Positions 13,218-24,975 of a stretch of 64,000 bases of DNA are shown here, piece by piece. The position numbers were made by a program, and so were the translations under genes. Within the stretch, counting starts at the first letter, position 1. Each line of letters opens with the position of its first letter. The stretch spans positions 12,524,001-12,588,000 of the forward strand of contig NC_043017.1 of the NCBI RefSeq assembly GCF_006345805.1. The letters are read 5' to 3'. Source of the stretch: Octopus sinensis (taxonomy: Eukaryota). The notes below the pieces were generated by a model that saw only the letters and a list, made by a program, of their open reading frames with translations, was not told the DNA's origin and ran no database searches.

Positions 13218-14080
13218 GTAATTGCACATTTGTCAAATACACATGTATACACAAGTACAAAAGTGTATAGTTTCAAATGTAATTATACATACAAATGCAG
13301 AGACTTATACAGGCGTGTATAGACGTCCACATACACCTACAGATACCTCATGTGTATACATACACACATGCAAATATGTATACTTACATATGCAAATATC
13401 TTGCATACATAAAAAGTGCTACCATTACGAGCTATGGATACAATCAGCACTTGTCAAGGGGCATCACAAATCTAAGGGCCCAGCTATGATCTATGTGTTT
13501 TGGGTCTGCCTTGAATAAATATTATAGGGCCTGATGCACAGATTCTCCCAGGCACCCATAATGCCAGTAAGACAGCTCTATATATATGTGTATACAAATA
13601 TACGCATGTGCATACATATTCAAATGCATACACACACACACACACACATAAACACAAATGTATACACATATACATGCACAGACAGACATAAGAGATTTTA
13701 GAGACACAGCATATATATATATATATATATAGACATGCACACACAGGGTTGTATGTACACAACAGCCGCATATAAGATGACATTTTAGACAACACATGCA
13801 CACATACACACAGGCATATATTTATATATATGCATATACATGTATATATAAACAAACTACATGAGTATGTGTGTGTATATATATATGATGAGATTTACAA
13901 CAGTACACACACACACACACATATATATATATATGCATCCACAGGCACACATACTGGAATATGCATATACAGAGATAGGCATATACAAGATGAGATTTTA
14001 GACAGACTAAAACACACATGAACATACACACTTACAGGCATGTGAGTGTATACACATACACACACTCACGTGCACACACA
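12190..14080. repeat. extended (TACA)n/(TA)n/(CA)n microsatellite field with short unique islands
   Basis: Visible directly in sequence. Confidence 0.85.
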
Positions 14081-14644
14081 CACCATCCTGTGATCTGTGT
14101 CAAACTCTGCACTTCACATCACATGTATGTTACATACATCACTAAGTTCACATTTGCAGGTGGCAGTAAAGTCAATCATGTGACTATATAAAATGCTGGC
14201 TTTGGAGGGGCTGTCGTCAGAAGCTGAATGAGAACATTAGGTGTTGGAGGTTATAAACGTGTGGCCATGTCCACCACTTTCAGGGCTGGGTAAGTCGACC
14301 ACCAATAGTCCCACCAAAGATCAACTCTATGCAATGTCATTCATCCTGAACAGAGTGATTGAACATCGTGTGTAGTATGTGAAAGGGCTTATGCACATGG
14401 CAGTTCCCAGGGATTCATATCTGATAAAGGGACCTGATTAATCCAGTGGAAGTTACAACTTTCGTTGGTCACCTATGCTTCAAACCATGAAGTGAGATTG
14501 AGCAGTCAGTCATTTGAGAGGTCATGGATGGAATGTCAGAAATGCCATTCACAATGAAGAAGCTTAGAGAGAAGGCAATCATTTGTATAGATGGAGCAGA
14601 CACCACACACACACGCACACACAGACACACACATACACGTGTTA

Positions 14645-14968
14645 CCATTTACTTGTTTCAGTCATTAGACAGAGGCCATGCTAGAGCACTGCTTTGAAGA
14701 ATTTTAGTTGAAAGAATCAACCTAAATACTTATTTCTTAAACCTGATATTTTTCCAGTCAGTCTCTTTTGCTGAGCTGCTTAGTTGCAGGGACATAAACA
14801 CACCAATATCGGTTAACAAGTGATGGTGTGATGGGGACAAACATACAGAAAGACACACAAACACACATACATACAACAGGCTTCTGTCAGTTCCCAGCTA
14901 CAAAATCCACCCACAAGGCTTTGGTTGGCCCAAGGCTATGGGAGAAGCCACTTGACCAAAGTGCCATA
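14645..14968 (-). mobile_element. older family A-like SINE lacking its head
   Basis: tttacttgtttcagtcatt...aggcttctgtcagttccc...acaaggctttggttggccc. Confidence 0.75.
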
Positions 14969-14977
14969 AAAATTATA

Positions 14978-15339
14978 GCGTAGGAGTTGCCGTGTGGTAA
15001 GTAGCTTGCTTCCCAACCACTTGGTTCTGGGTTCAGTCCCACTGCATAGCACCTTGGGCAAGTGTCTACTACTATAGCCTTGGGCCAACCAAAGCCTTGT
15101 GAGTGGATTTGGTAGACGGAAACTGAAAGAAGCCCGTCGTGTGTGTGTGTTTGTGTGTCTGTGTTTGTCCCCCCAACATCGATTGACAACCGATGCTGGT
15201 GTGTTTACGTCACCGTAACTTAGCAGTTCGGCAAAGGAAACCAATAGAATAAGTAGTAGGCTTACAAAGAATAAGTGCTCGACTAGAGGCAGTGCTCCAG
15301 CATGGCCACAGTCAAATGACTGAAACGAGTAAAAGAGTA
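14978..15339 (+). mobile_element. SINE family A, inverted relative to the adjacent copy
   Basis: gcgtaggagttgccgtgtggtaag head to gactgaaacgagtaaaagagta. Confidence 0.9.
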
Positions 15340-15490
15340 TATTGCATTGTAGTTAAAATAACAATCTATAAACATACATTGTGTGTGGTCCTATAAAAGG
15401 GTTTATATTTAACTGGTAGCAGGGAGTCTGGTGAGAGGGACAGAATCAAGAACATTATAGGGGGTCAGGAATGTTTGACCGATTGTGTGT

Positions 15491-15531
<41 letters not shown>

Positions 15532-16008
15532 CATACAAAATAATTAATCTTTAGCTATTACAGATGTTTCATCAATGTGCATGTGTGTGTATTCATATGT
15601 ATATATATATACATCTTCATACATACACACACATACACGCATACATACATATGCACATTTCCATAAATATACAGACACATGCAAACATACACACAGAAGT
15701 AAATACAAACACACACATTCACATATATACATACACACAAATCTAATCACACACATGCACATGAAAATACTTATACATAAACATACACACTAACACAGAC
15801 ACACATATACATATATCCAGTCATACACACATACGTTGATACACACATCTCATTACAAATACACACACTCACACATACACACATATACATGCATACAGAC
15901 ACAAACATGCAGGGACACACACACACACACACACACACTAATTAATATGGAGTATAAACAAACAGGTCCCAACATCAATAAACTGTAGTACATAGATATA
16001 CCATACAT

Positions 16009-16044
16009 CAGCTGTCAGGAGGTCACAGATGAGGTCAAAGGTCA
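16009..16044 (+). promoter_or_regulatory. candidate nuclear-receptor element cluster (perfect DR1 plus extra half-site, two E-boxes)
   Basis: AGGTCA at 16020, 16032 and 16039. The last two form a perfect DR1 (AGGTCAaAGGTCA). CAGCTG at 16009 and CAGATG at 16026. Context is not an obvious repeat. Function not shown. Confidence 0.35.
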
Positions 16045-16399
16045 GAGTCTAATCACCAGTCTGGTTTAATATCTAAAACATGTGCTCTATGCCCCACAGA
16101 CACCTCAATACAAAGTCAGTATACGTGGGGTAGGGGTGGGGAAATTCCTCCCCCATGCCAAAGGGGCTATTCAGAGAAACCTAAACAATATACATATATA
16201 TATAAATACCCCACCTCCAGCTGGTGGTGGTGATCCTAGGTGGTCACCTGATCTGCTCAAAATAGCAGCCAAATACCCCTCATATACATATGGAAAAGTC
16301 ATGGCAGGGATGTGACTAGAAAGGTCAGGGCTGCACTAGAGTTAATCAAAAACAACAAAATGTTTCTAACAATAGCTTGGGGCCTGGAGTGTGGGGAGG

Positions 16400-16950
16400 T
16401 GTAGTTGATTAAACTGAATTCATGTTAATTTATTTTACAGACCCTAAAGGGATAAAAGGCAAAGTTGACCTCAGTGCAATTTGAACTCAGAATGTAAAGA
16501 GATGGAACAAAAATACAGCAAGACATTTTGTCTGACACTCAGGATTCAAGCTGTCCACTGTCATATTTTGAACATAAGCAAGATGTTGGAAATTTGAGGG
16601 AAGAGGGTGGTCACTTATATGGACCCCTGGTATTTGATTGGTGTGGGTGAAGGGCAAAGTTGACCTCGATGGCTTTTGAACTGAGAATGTAAAGATTTGG
16701 AGCAAACACTGCAAAACATTTCGTCTGATTCCCTAATAATTCAGGCACCCATTGCAGTTGCTTCTAACACAAGAAAGATGTCAAGAATTTGAGGAGAGGT
16801 AAAGTCAGTTATATCAACCTCAATAAATGACCGGTACCTTATTTCATCCATACTAAAAGGATGAAGGGTAAAGTTGATTTCAGTGGCATTTGAACTCAGA
16901 ATATGAAGGGCCAAACCAGATACTTCATGACATTTTGTCCTACACTCTAA
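16400..16950 (-). mobile_element. three old family B-like SINE remnants in tandem
   Basis: Repeated ggcaaagttgacctc...tttgaactcagaat core at about 16460, 16655 and 16870. Confidence 0.7.
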
Positions 16951-17040
16951 TGATTCATGCAGTCTACTACCCTTGTTTTTTATTAAGTCATTGGTTCTCA
17001 ATAAGGGTCCATGTGACCCTTGGTGGGCCATATAAGAATT

Positions 17041-17712
17041 TGGTATCTTTACCTTTTGACCAACAGATTTAAAAAATAATTTTTTGTAACTAAACACTTT
17101 CAAACTTCGTATACTGGTAGAATGTGTCACATAAAACATCTTTTACTCTTGGCGTTGTTGAGAAAATTCTGTATTTTGGAAGTTATTTCTTGTTAAAGTT
17201 GTCTTATTTTGGTAATTTCAACCAATCAATGATGTGTATTCAGCTGAATAAAATTACTGTTGTTGTTTGTCAACAACTTCCGGTGGTGTATATTTCGTTT
17301 GTCACTGTTATTTATGACATCGTTCGTGCGTTTGTACTGGTTCTAGCTTTAAGGTTTTAAGGTTAGGGTTTTAGGGTTAGGGTTATGCTTCAGATACACT
17401 CATTTATTCATATATACGTAACTGAGATGAAATATTTCATAAATAACAGTGACAAACAAAATATACACCACCGGAAGTTGTTGATAAACGACAGCAGTAA
17501 TTTTATTCAGCTGAATACAAGTCATTGATTGGTTGAAATTACCAAAATACGACAACTTTAACAAGAAATAACCTCCAAAATACAGAATTTTCTCAACAAC
17601 GCCAAGAGTAAAAGATGTTTTGTGTGACACATTCTACAAGTATACCAAGTTTGAAAGTGTTTAGTCAAAAAAAATTATTTTTTAAATCTGTCAGTCAAAA
17701 GGTAAAGATCCA
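17041..17712. mobile_element. foldback element: about 277-bp inverted arms with a 119-bp spacer containing TTAGGG repeats
   Basis: 17041-17317 is the reverse complement of 17437-17712 (roughly 94% by eye; the ORF track gives near-identical peptides on opposite strands). The spacer has ggttagggttttagggttagggtta at 17361-17385. Confidence 0.9.
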
Positions 17713-18257
17713 GATTTTGTTGTTAAAATTTAACTCTAATAAATCGGTTATACTTTTACACTGTTGGCTGACATAGCTCTAACTTTATTATGGCTGCAAA
17801 AATAAAGAACAGACAGATTTTCCAAATCTTTTACTGTAGAAATCAGATGTATTCACTCAAAATTCCATTACCCTTAACTTCGGAAAGCAGTTTTATATTA
17901 AAGTCTTTTGTTGACGAATGTCATACATGAAATCAGATATATCCACTCAACATTTCATTGCTTTTAACTGTAGAAATCAGTTTTATTCCCCCGCCGACCT
18001 ATCTTTTGTCGAAGAATGTCATGTTTCTAACTATTTTTTGTTGTGATATGTCATGTTTATTGAGGAAACATGACTTGCAGAAAATATTAATTCTTTTTTC
18101 GAGGAGAGACAATTAACAACATTACTGGAGCAATCATGAAGTTCATAATTAAAGTATTAAAAAAAGGAAAGAATATAAAACCAACAGGATGCTCGTGGCT
18201 GTAATGGTTTTCATCACAGATCTTGTCAATGTCGAGAGACCTGAGTTTAAACCAATG

Positions 18258-18460
18258 CTCTCTTTTACTTGTTTCAGTCATTTGACTGTGGCCATGCTGG
18301 AGCACCGCCTTTGGTCGACAACATCGACCCCAGGACTTATTCTTTGCAAGCCTAGTACTTATTCTATCGGTCTCTTCTGCCAAACCGCTAAGTAACGAGG
18401 ACGTAAGTACACCACTATCAGTTGTCAAGCGATGTTGGGGGGACAAACACAAACACATAA

Positions 18461-18492
<32 letters not shown>

Positions 18493-18970
18493 GGAGGCGC
18501 AATGGCCCAGTGGTTAGGGCAGCAGACTCACGGTCGCAGGATTGCAGTTTTGATTCCCAGACCGGGAGTTGTGTGTGTTTATTGAGCGAAAACACCTAAA
18601 AGCTCCATGAGGCTCCGGCAGGGGGTGGTGATCCCTGCTGTACTTTTTCACCATTCTTTCCTTCACTCTTTCTTCTGTTGGCCTGCTCACTTAGCCAGCG
18701 GGGTGGTGTCATTCGAAGGCTAAAACAATGCGAACGCATTGTGACCAGCGGTGTGTAGCAACATCTGCTGGTCTGGTCGATCACGTGATCATGTGATATA
18801 TATATATACAACGGGCTTCTTTCAGCTTCCGCCTACCAAATCCACTCACAAGGCTTTGGTTGGCCCAAGGCTATAGTACAAGACACTTGACCAAGGTGCC
18901 ATGCAATGGGAATGAATCCGGAACCATGTGGTTGGTTAGCAAGCTACTTACCACACAGCCACTCCTGCGC
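18258..18970 (-). mobile_element. family A SINE split by a family C SINE
   Basis: Tail half at 18258-18490 and head half at 18809-18970. Confidence 0.85.
18493..18796 (+). mobile_element. tRNA-derived SINE family C, tail type 1
   Basis: Head ggaggcgcaatggcccagtggttagggcagc...gattccc, core ttattgagcgaaaacacctaaaagctcc, tail ending gatcacgtgatcatgtgat. Confidence 0.85.
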
Positions 18971-19378
18971 ATATAGGGAAAAAAAATATTCAGGTTACAC
19001 TGCAACACACCTAGCATCATCTCATGGCACACTCGTGTGCCATGGGGCATACCGGTTGCGGAGCATTAGTTTAAGCAACGACAACAGTGGCCACCACCGC
19101 CAGTGGAGCTAGTGCTGTCATAGATGAATAGATGTGGTTAGACTAAATGAAATTTTGTACTGGTTGTTGGTTGTTGTTGTTGTTGTTATTGTAGACATGT
19201 TCAAAGTGGAACAAGCTGTTGCAGCTACCATTAGAATGAAATAGATCCAATGGCCATTAGAGTCAATGGAATTATATCTACCATTTGGTTGCATACACAC
19301 ACACACAGAAACACACACATACAAACACACTTAAACATATACATGGACATGTACACACACAGACACACATGGATGGAG

Positions 19379-19412
<34 letters not shown>

Positions 19413-19544
19413 ACACACAAACACATTTGCATGTTGTGAGTCCACTCTGTCCCCTTTTATTTGAGAAAGAAGTAAACTAGCACTGCAGAGTATCACATGA
19501 CTTAAGAGCCATCAATACAGTGCTATCTAGGCAGAAATCATTCT

Positions 19545-19752
19545 CACACACACACATGTACTACACAAATAAAAACACACACAGCTGCAAGCATACATAA
19601 AAAACACACACACAGACACACATACAGATGAAACCATACATGCAAATCTCACACACACACATGTACTACACAAATAAAAACACACACAGCTGCAAGCATA
19701 CATAAAAAACACACACACAGACACACATACAGATGAAACCATACATGCAAAC
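19545..19752. repeat. 105-bp tandem duplication of CA-rich sequence
   Basis: catgtactacacaaataaaaacacacacagctgcaagc begins at 19555 and again at 19660. Confidence 0.9.
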
Positions 19753-20301
19753 ACAACACGCGTATTTCTCATTCTCACCATAAACACCAGGTGACCATCT
19801 GCCTTAGTCTTTCAGATATCTATAACACAAATCAGGCTGGGGGAGAGAGGGAGAGGGAGAGAGAGAGAGACAGTAGGAGTTAAAAGTCAATAGATAAGGT
19901 TATTTATTCAGTCATTGCTGCTGCTGTTACTGATATTGTCTGTTCAGGTCAGCCCTGGTCAAGCAGATTTATGATCAAAAGCATTCCAACCATGACCATT
20001 TCAACTTAATTTAAAATTTTTTTTCAGACGTCATGTATCAAAAAGCTACATAATTCAATGTTATTTTGTTTTTATCACAAAATAATGTATAATTTGAGTG
20101 AGATTTGGCTGTTATTTCAGGTAATGGGGGGAGGAGGGGTCAAGCAATCGATCCCACAGAGTAGGGTTGGGGGGAAACCCTTTGTACTGGGGTCGAATTC
20201 TGCCCTTTATACAAATTTGAGAATTCCCCACCAATGATATATATCTTTAAAAACTCACATGACAAAAAGGAGAATAAAATCTAAAGTAATTTAAAATAAT
20301 A

Positions 20302-20686
20302 GGCGCAGGAGTGGCTGTGTGGTAAGTAGCTTGCTACCAACCACATGGTTCCGGGTTCAGTCCCACTGCGTGGCATCTTGGGCAAGTGTCTTCTGCTATA
20401 GCCCCAGGCGACCAATGCCTTGCGAGTGAATTGGTAGACGGAAACTGAAAGAAGCCTGTCGTATATATGTATATGTTATATGTTTGTGTGTCTTGTTTGT
20501 CCCCCTAGCATTGCTTGACAACCGATGCTGGTGTGTTTACGTCCCCGTCACTTAGCGGTTCGGCAAAAGAGACCGATAGAATAAGTACTGGGCTTACAAA
20601 GAATAAGTCCCGGGGTCGATTTGCTCGACTAAAGGTGGTGCTCCAGCATGGCCGCAGTCAAATGACTGAAAAGAGTAAAAGAGTAA
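20302..20686 (+). mobile_element. SINE family A, full length
   Basis: Complete head and tail. Confidence 0.95.
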
Positions 20687-20789
20687 GATACAACAACACC
20701 ACCACCATCATCGTCATCATCATCATCATCACCGCCACCACGTCCACTTTCCTATGTCTACATGGGTCAGTCAATTGGATTTTGCTGGG

Positions 20790-20955
20790 ACAAGTTTTCC
20801 GAATATGAATGCTCTTCTTCTTGCCAGCCCTCACCTGTTTCCAAGCAAGGTAATAAATTCCCCACCCCAGACATGTTTTTTTGGAAGACTAGACACAAAT
20901 GACACCGCTTGTCCGGTGGTGATGTTCATTTACGACTATCATGCAATCTCATGAC
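20790..20955 (-). repeat. interspersed repeat family F (second copy at about 33040-33235)
   Basis: Shared ccctca(c/t)ctgtt(t/a)ccaagca...cagacatg/caaacatg...ggaagact...acacc(g/a)ct(t/c)gt. Confidence 0.6.
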
Positions 20956-21240
20956 ATGGAGACTCTCTCTTTCACGCACACATTTTTTTACTTGTATTAG
21001 ACTGTGGCCATGCTGGAGTACCACCGAAAAGAATTTTTTTTCTCAAATGAATTGATCCCAGAACTTTTTTATTCTTAACCCTGGTACTTACTCTATTAGT
21101 CTGTTTTGTCAAAGCTACAGGGACATAAACAAACCAACACCAGTTGTCAAGTAGTGACACAGACACAAACACACACATATACAATGGGGGGGGGGGTCCT
21201 TTTAGTTTCCGGATACCAAATTATCATCTTAAAAACAGCA

Positions 21241-21573
21241 ATAAAGACCCCCTTCGGTCATGAATGACCATGGGATTGCACCTAGAAGGTTACCCTCCCG
21301 ACACAAGTCCGGGCAAGGTTGTTTTTATGGAAGACCAGCAGTCGCCTATGCATACCAGCCTCCCCTCTCCACGCCACCAGTGTTATCCAAGGGAAAGACA
21401 AAGGTCGATACAGCTTGGCACCAGTGACGTCGCACCTCATTTCTACAGCTGAGTGAACTGGAGCAACGTGAAATAAAGTGCCTTGCTCAAGAACACAACA
21501 CCCAGCCCGGTCCGGGATTCGAGCTCACAACCTCACGATCGTAAGCTCGACGCTCTAACCACTGAGCCATGCG
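21241..21573 (-). mobile_element. SINE family D
   Basis: Minus-strand head cgcatggctcagtggttagagcgtcgagcttacgatcgtgaggttgtgagctcgaatccc. Confidence 0.9.
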
Positions 21574-21736
21574 ATAATAATTCCATTATCAATATAACTT
21601 TAAAAGTTTCTGAAATAGAATTGTGACGAGAGGGTTTTCAATTTAAACATGAAATAATTTAAATTAAAACAGGCGAGTTTTGTAACTCAAGACACCAGAA
21701 GCAGACACCTTGCGGGTAATTTGGTACTGAAACAGT

Positions 21737-21965
21737 TTAACCCTTTAGTGTTCGCATTATTCTGCCACAATTAATGCTTTTTCATACACATTGTTTTGAA
21801 TTAATCATGCATTATCTTGTAGCTATGAGATTTTGATGAGGTAGCTGTTAATTTTTAAGATGATATTGTAGGGTTGGCGTGAGAGACCAGATCTGGCCAG
21901 TTTGCACATAAAACAGGCAGAATACTTTTGGCCAGATATGGCCGGTTTAAATGCTAAAGGGTTAA
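21737..21965. mobile_element. piggyBac-like MITE, family P1 (221 bp between TTAA sites)
   Basis: TTAA|ccctttag ... ctaaaggg|TTAA; reverse-complement homologue of 58328-58547. Confidence 0.85.
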
Positions 21966-22134
21966 AGGAAGCAGAGAGCCTAGCTTGAGGTTGCGGGGAG
22001 GGTAGATGGATGGATAGATGGGTGGGTGGATGGATGAATGGAAAGAGAGGGTGAGAGGAAAGAAGGGAGGGAGGGAGAAAGAAAGAAAGAATGAATAAAT
22101 GAATGAAATGGGGAAGACAGAAAGATTTGCAAAG

Positions 22135-22416
22135 CCTGAGCCAGGTGACCTTGGCTGGCTTCCATGCCAGTGGCACGTTAAAAGCTTCAACCGATCGTGG
22201 CTGATGCCGGACCCCCCTGGCACCTGTGCAGGTGGCACGTAAAAAGCACCCACTACACTCGCGGAGTGGTTGGCGTTAGGAAGGGCATCCAGCTGTAGAA
22301 ACTCTGCCAGATCAGACTGGAGCCTGGTGCAGTCCCTGGTTTCCCAGACCCCGGTCGAACCGTCCAACCCGTGCTAGTGCGGAAAACGGACGTTAAACGA
22401 TGATGATGATGATGAT
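22135..22416 (+). mobile_element. RTE 3'-UTR stub
   Basis: tggcacgtaaaaagcacccactac...ggacgttaaacgatgatgatg. Confidence 0.9.
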
Positions 22417-22679
22417 ACCAGAAACAAAAAGTCTCACAGGCGACGCTGTCCTAAAAAAAGAAAAAAAAAGAAATAAAAAGGGCTACAGAAATCAGGGAAG
22501 CTAGTTGTGATTTTGAAGATGAAAGAGAAAAAGAGAGAGTTTTGTAGGGAGAAGAGAAGGATTTGCATACCATGAGCCAGTGGGTCAGTCAGGTAAAGGG
22601 ATACAGGTACGTGATGCAGATACATACAGGTAGGTAGATGGTGAAATGATTAGGGTAACTGATGCATCAAGTTTGGAGA

Positions 22680-23160
22680 CTGTGCAATTAAGAAACTCAC
22701 TTTCTAGCCATGTGATTCCAGGTTCAATTCTACTGCACACCACCTTGAGCAAGTATCTTCTACTGTGGTTTCGGGCCAACCAAAGCCTCGCAAATGGATT
22801 TGGTCAATGGAAACTAGTGTAGAAGGCCCATTGTGTGTGTACATGTATCTGTGTTTGTGCACCCACACCACTGCTTGAGAACCAGCGTTGGTTTGTTTGC
22901 ATCCCAGTAACCTAGTGGTTCAGCATAAAGCAATGATAAAATAAGTACCGGACTTGAAAAATAAATAAGCACTGGGGTCGATCATCATCATCATCATCAT
23001 CGTTTAACGTCTGCTTTCGATGCTAGCATGGGTTGGACGGTTCAACTGGGGTCTGGGAATCCAGGAGGCTGCACCAGGCCCGGTTTGATCTATTCGACAA
23101 AACCCTTCAGGCTGGTGCTCCAGCATGGCCACAGTCCGACCAATGAAACAAACAAAAGAT
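22680..23160 (+). mobile_element. old family A-like SINE interrupted by a minus-strand RTE stub (22982-23090)
   Basis: The SINE body stops at ctggggtcgat and resumes at ctattcgacaaaacccttcagg after catcatc...gtttaacgtc. Confidence 0.75.
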
Positions 23161-23978
23161 TAGTTCCAGCCATGTCGCTGTAAACTCGAATGAGAATGAG
23201 AGAGAGAGGGGGGGAAGAGAAGGTGAATGAACGTGTCTGTGTGTTGATGTTGTTGTGGTTGTTGTTGTTGTTGTATTACAGATGTGGCAGACAGCTTTCC
23301 AGCTGGAATCGAGGTCAGAGGTGAGCTACTATCAAACTACCTAAGAGAGGAGTGAGACTGGAACAAGGCACTGGGCGGATACAGAAGTTTTGCAGAGTTT
23401 CACAGAAAAAATGGCAGAGATGTTCTAAGAGGAGAAGAAGGAGGAAAGTTTCAGCCAGAGTATCCTGGAAATCATTTACTGCTACAACGGTTGGAGCTGA
23501 GAGAGAGAGAGAAGGGCGGAGGGGGACAAGGAGAGCGAGGAATGGTGAGGAGAGTAAAATTTGTTATGTAAGTGCCGAGCTTGGAATGTATGTTGCCAAT
23601 GGTCGAACACCTAGATATGTACAGTCTAGTGTATATAATATATATATATATATATTATGGATGGATGTGTATATACATGCATGTATATATATCTTTTACT
23701 GTTTAACACATATAACACATATATAGATAGTAACAGGGTACATATATATTATGTATGTGTCCAGGCACATAGGTGTGTGTATAAATATATATATATCATC
23801 ATTTAACGTCTGCCATACATATATATATTGAATTTGCAGGCAGGAATGATGTGTTTAAATACACATAACAATGCTTATATAATTTATTTACATATGTATT
23901 GAAGAATGAGGTGCTTATATGCACTCATATATATATATATATATATAATATATATGTATATATATTATTTATCAATAT

Positions 23979-24463
23979 ATGTTATGAAAAATGAGTTGTT
24001 TATATACACTTAAATATGTATATATAATCTACTTAAATAATGAAGAATAAATATGTATGTATGTATGTATAATCTGCTTGTATATGTAATGAAGAATGAG
24101 AGGTTTATATAAACATATATATGAATATAATTTACCTACCTATGTAATGAAGACACGTATTATACATACCTATGGGCATCTTGATGGTAATAATGTGTAT
24201 ATGCACTCAAAGGTATATATGTAACAAGACGTACATGTATATATACATATATAGAGCAGCACTCGTGTAAACATGAGTATATATAATACCGGTCTTCATT
24301 ATATAGGTAGGTAAATTATATACATATATATGTTTATATAAACCTCTCATACTTCATTACATATACAAGCAGATTATACATACATACATATTTATTCTTC
24401 ATTATTTAAGTAGATTATATATACATATTTAAGTGTATATAAACAACTCATTTTTCATAACAT
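23979..24463. repeat. inverted duplication: 176/172-bp arms, 137-bp spacer
   Basis: 23979-24154 versus the reverse complement of 24292-24463 differ by 3 substitutions and one 4-bp indel. Confidence 0.92.
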
Positions 24464-24789
24464 CAGTAGCAACAGGCACCTAAACATCAATGTGGAATTG
24501 CATGTGTATATATACATATGCATGTATATATACACATGCATCTTTGTATGCTTATCAATGCACCGTTACATGAATATATATGTGCACTTTCGAATGCTTT
24601 TACAAAAACATGCACGTGTCTGTTTAGAAGTTATAAATTGTATGTAGATGCATGTGTATGCGTACACGCATACATGAATACACACATACACATATGCAAA
24701 CACACAAATATGCATAAACGCACATGTACACATATAATCACATATAAACATATACATACATACACACACATGTGCAGGTAAATGTGTGT

Positions 24790-24975
24790 GTGAGTGTGTG
24801 TATGTGTGTGTGTATATATATATATATCATCATCGTTTAACGTCCGTTCTCCATGCTAGCATGGGTGGACGGTTCGACTGGGGGATCTGGGAACCGTCCA
24901 ACCCATGCTAGCATGGAGAACAGACGTTAAACGATGATGATATATATATATACACACACACATACACACACTCAC
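24790..24975. repeat. near-perfect palindrome: 86/85-bp arms, 15-nt loop
   Basis: 24790-24875 versus 24891-24975; includes an RTE tail stub and the flanking microsatellite. Confidence 0.92.

Noticed and set aside
17361-17385. TTAGGG repeats as a real telomere or chromosome fusion site
   Set aside because: Only about four units on one strand, embedded in an element spacer; no head-to-head array.
17124-17630. Two near-identical peptides on opposite strands
   Set aside because: A consequence of the inverted repeat, not paralogous genes.
22438-22480. Strong minus-strand acceptor followed by a possible 13-nt microexon gacagcgtcgcct|gtgaga
   Set aside because: Weak donor, no supporting neighbours, and the T-tract is simply an antisense A-run.
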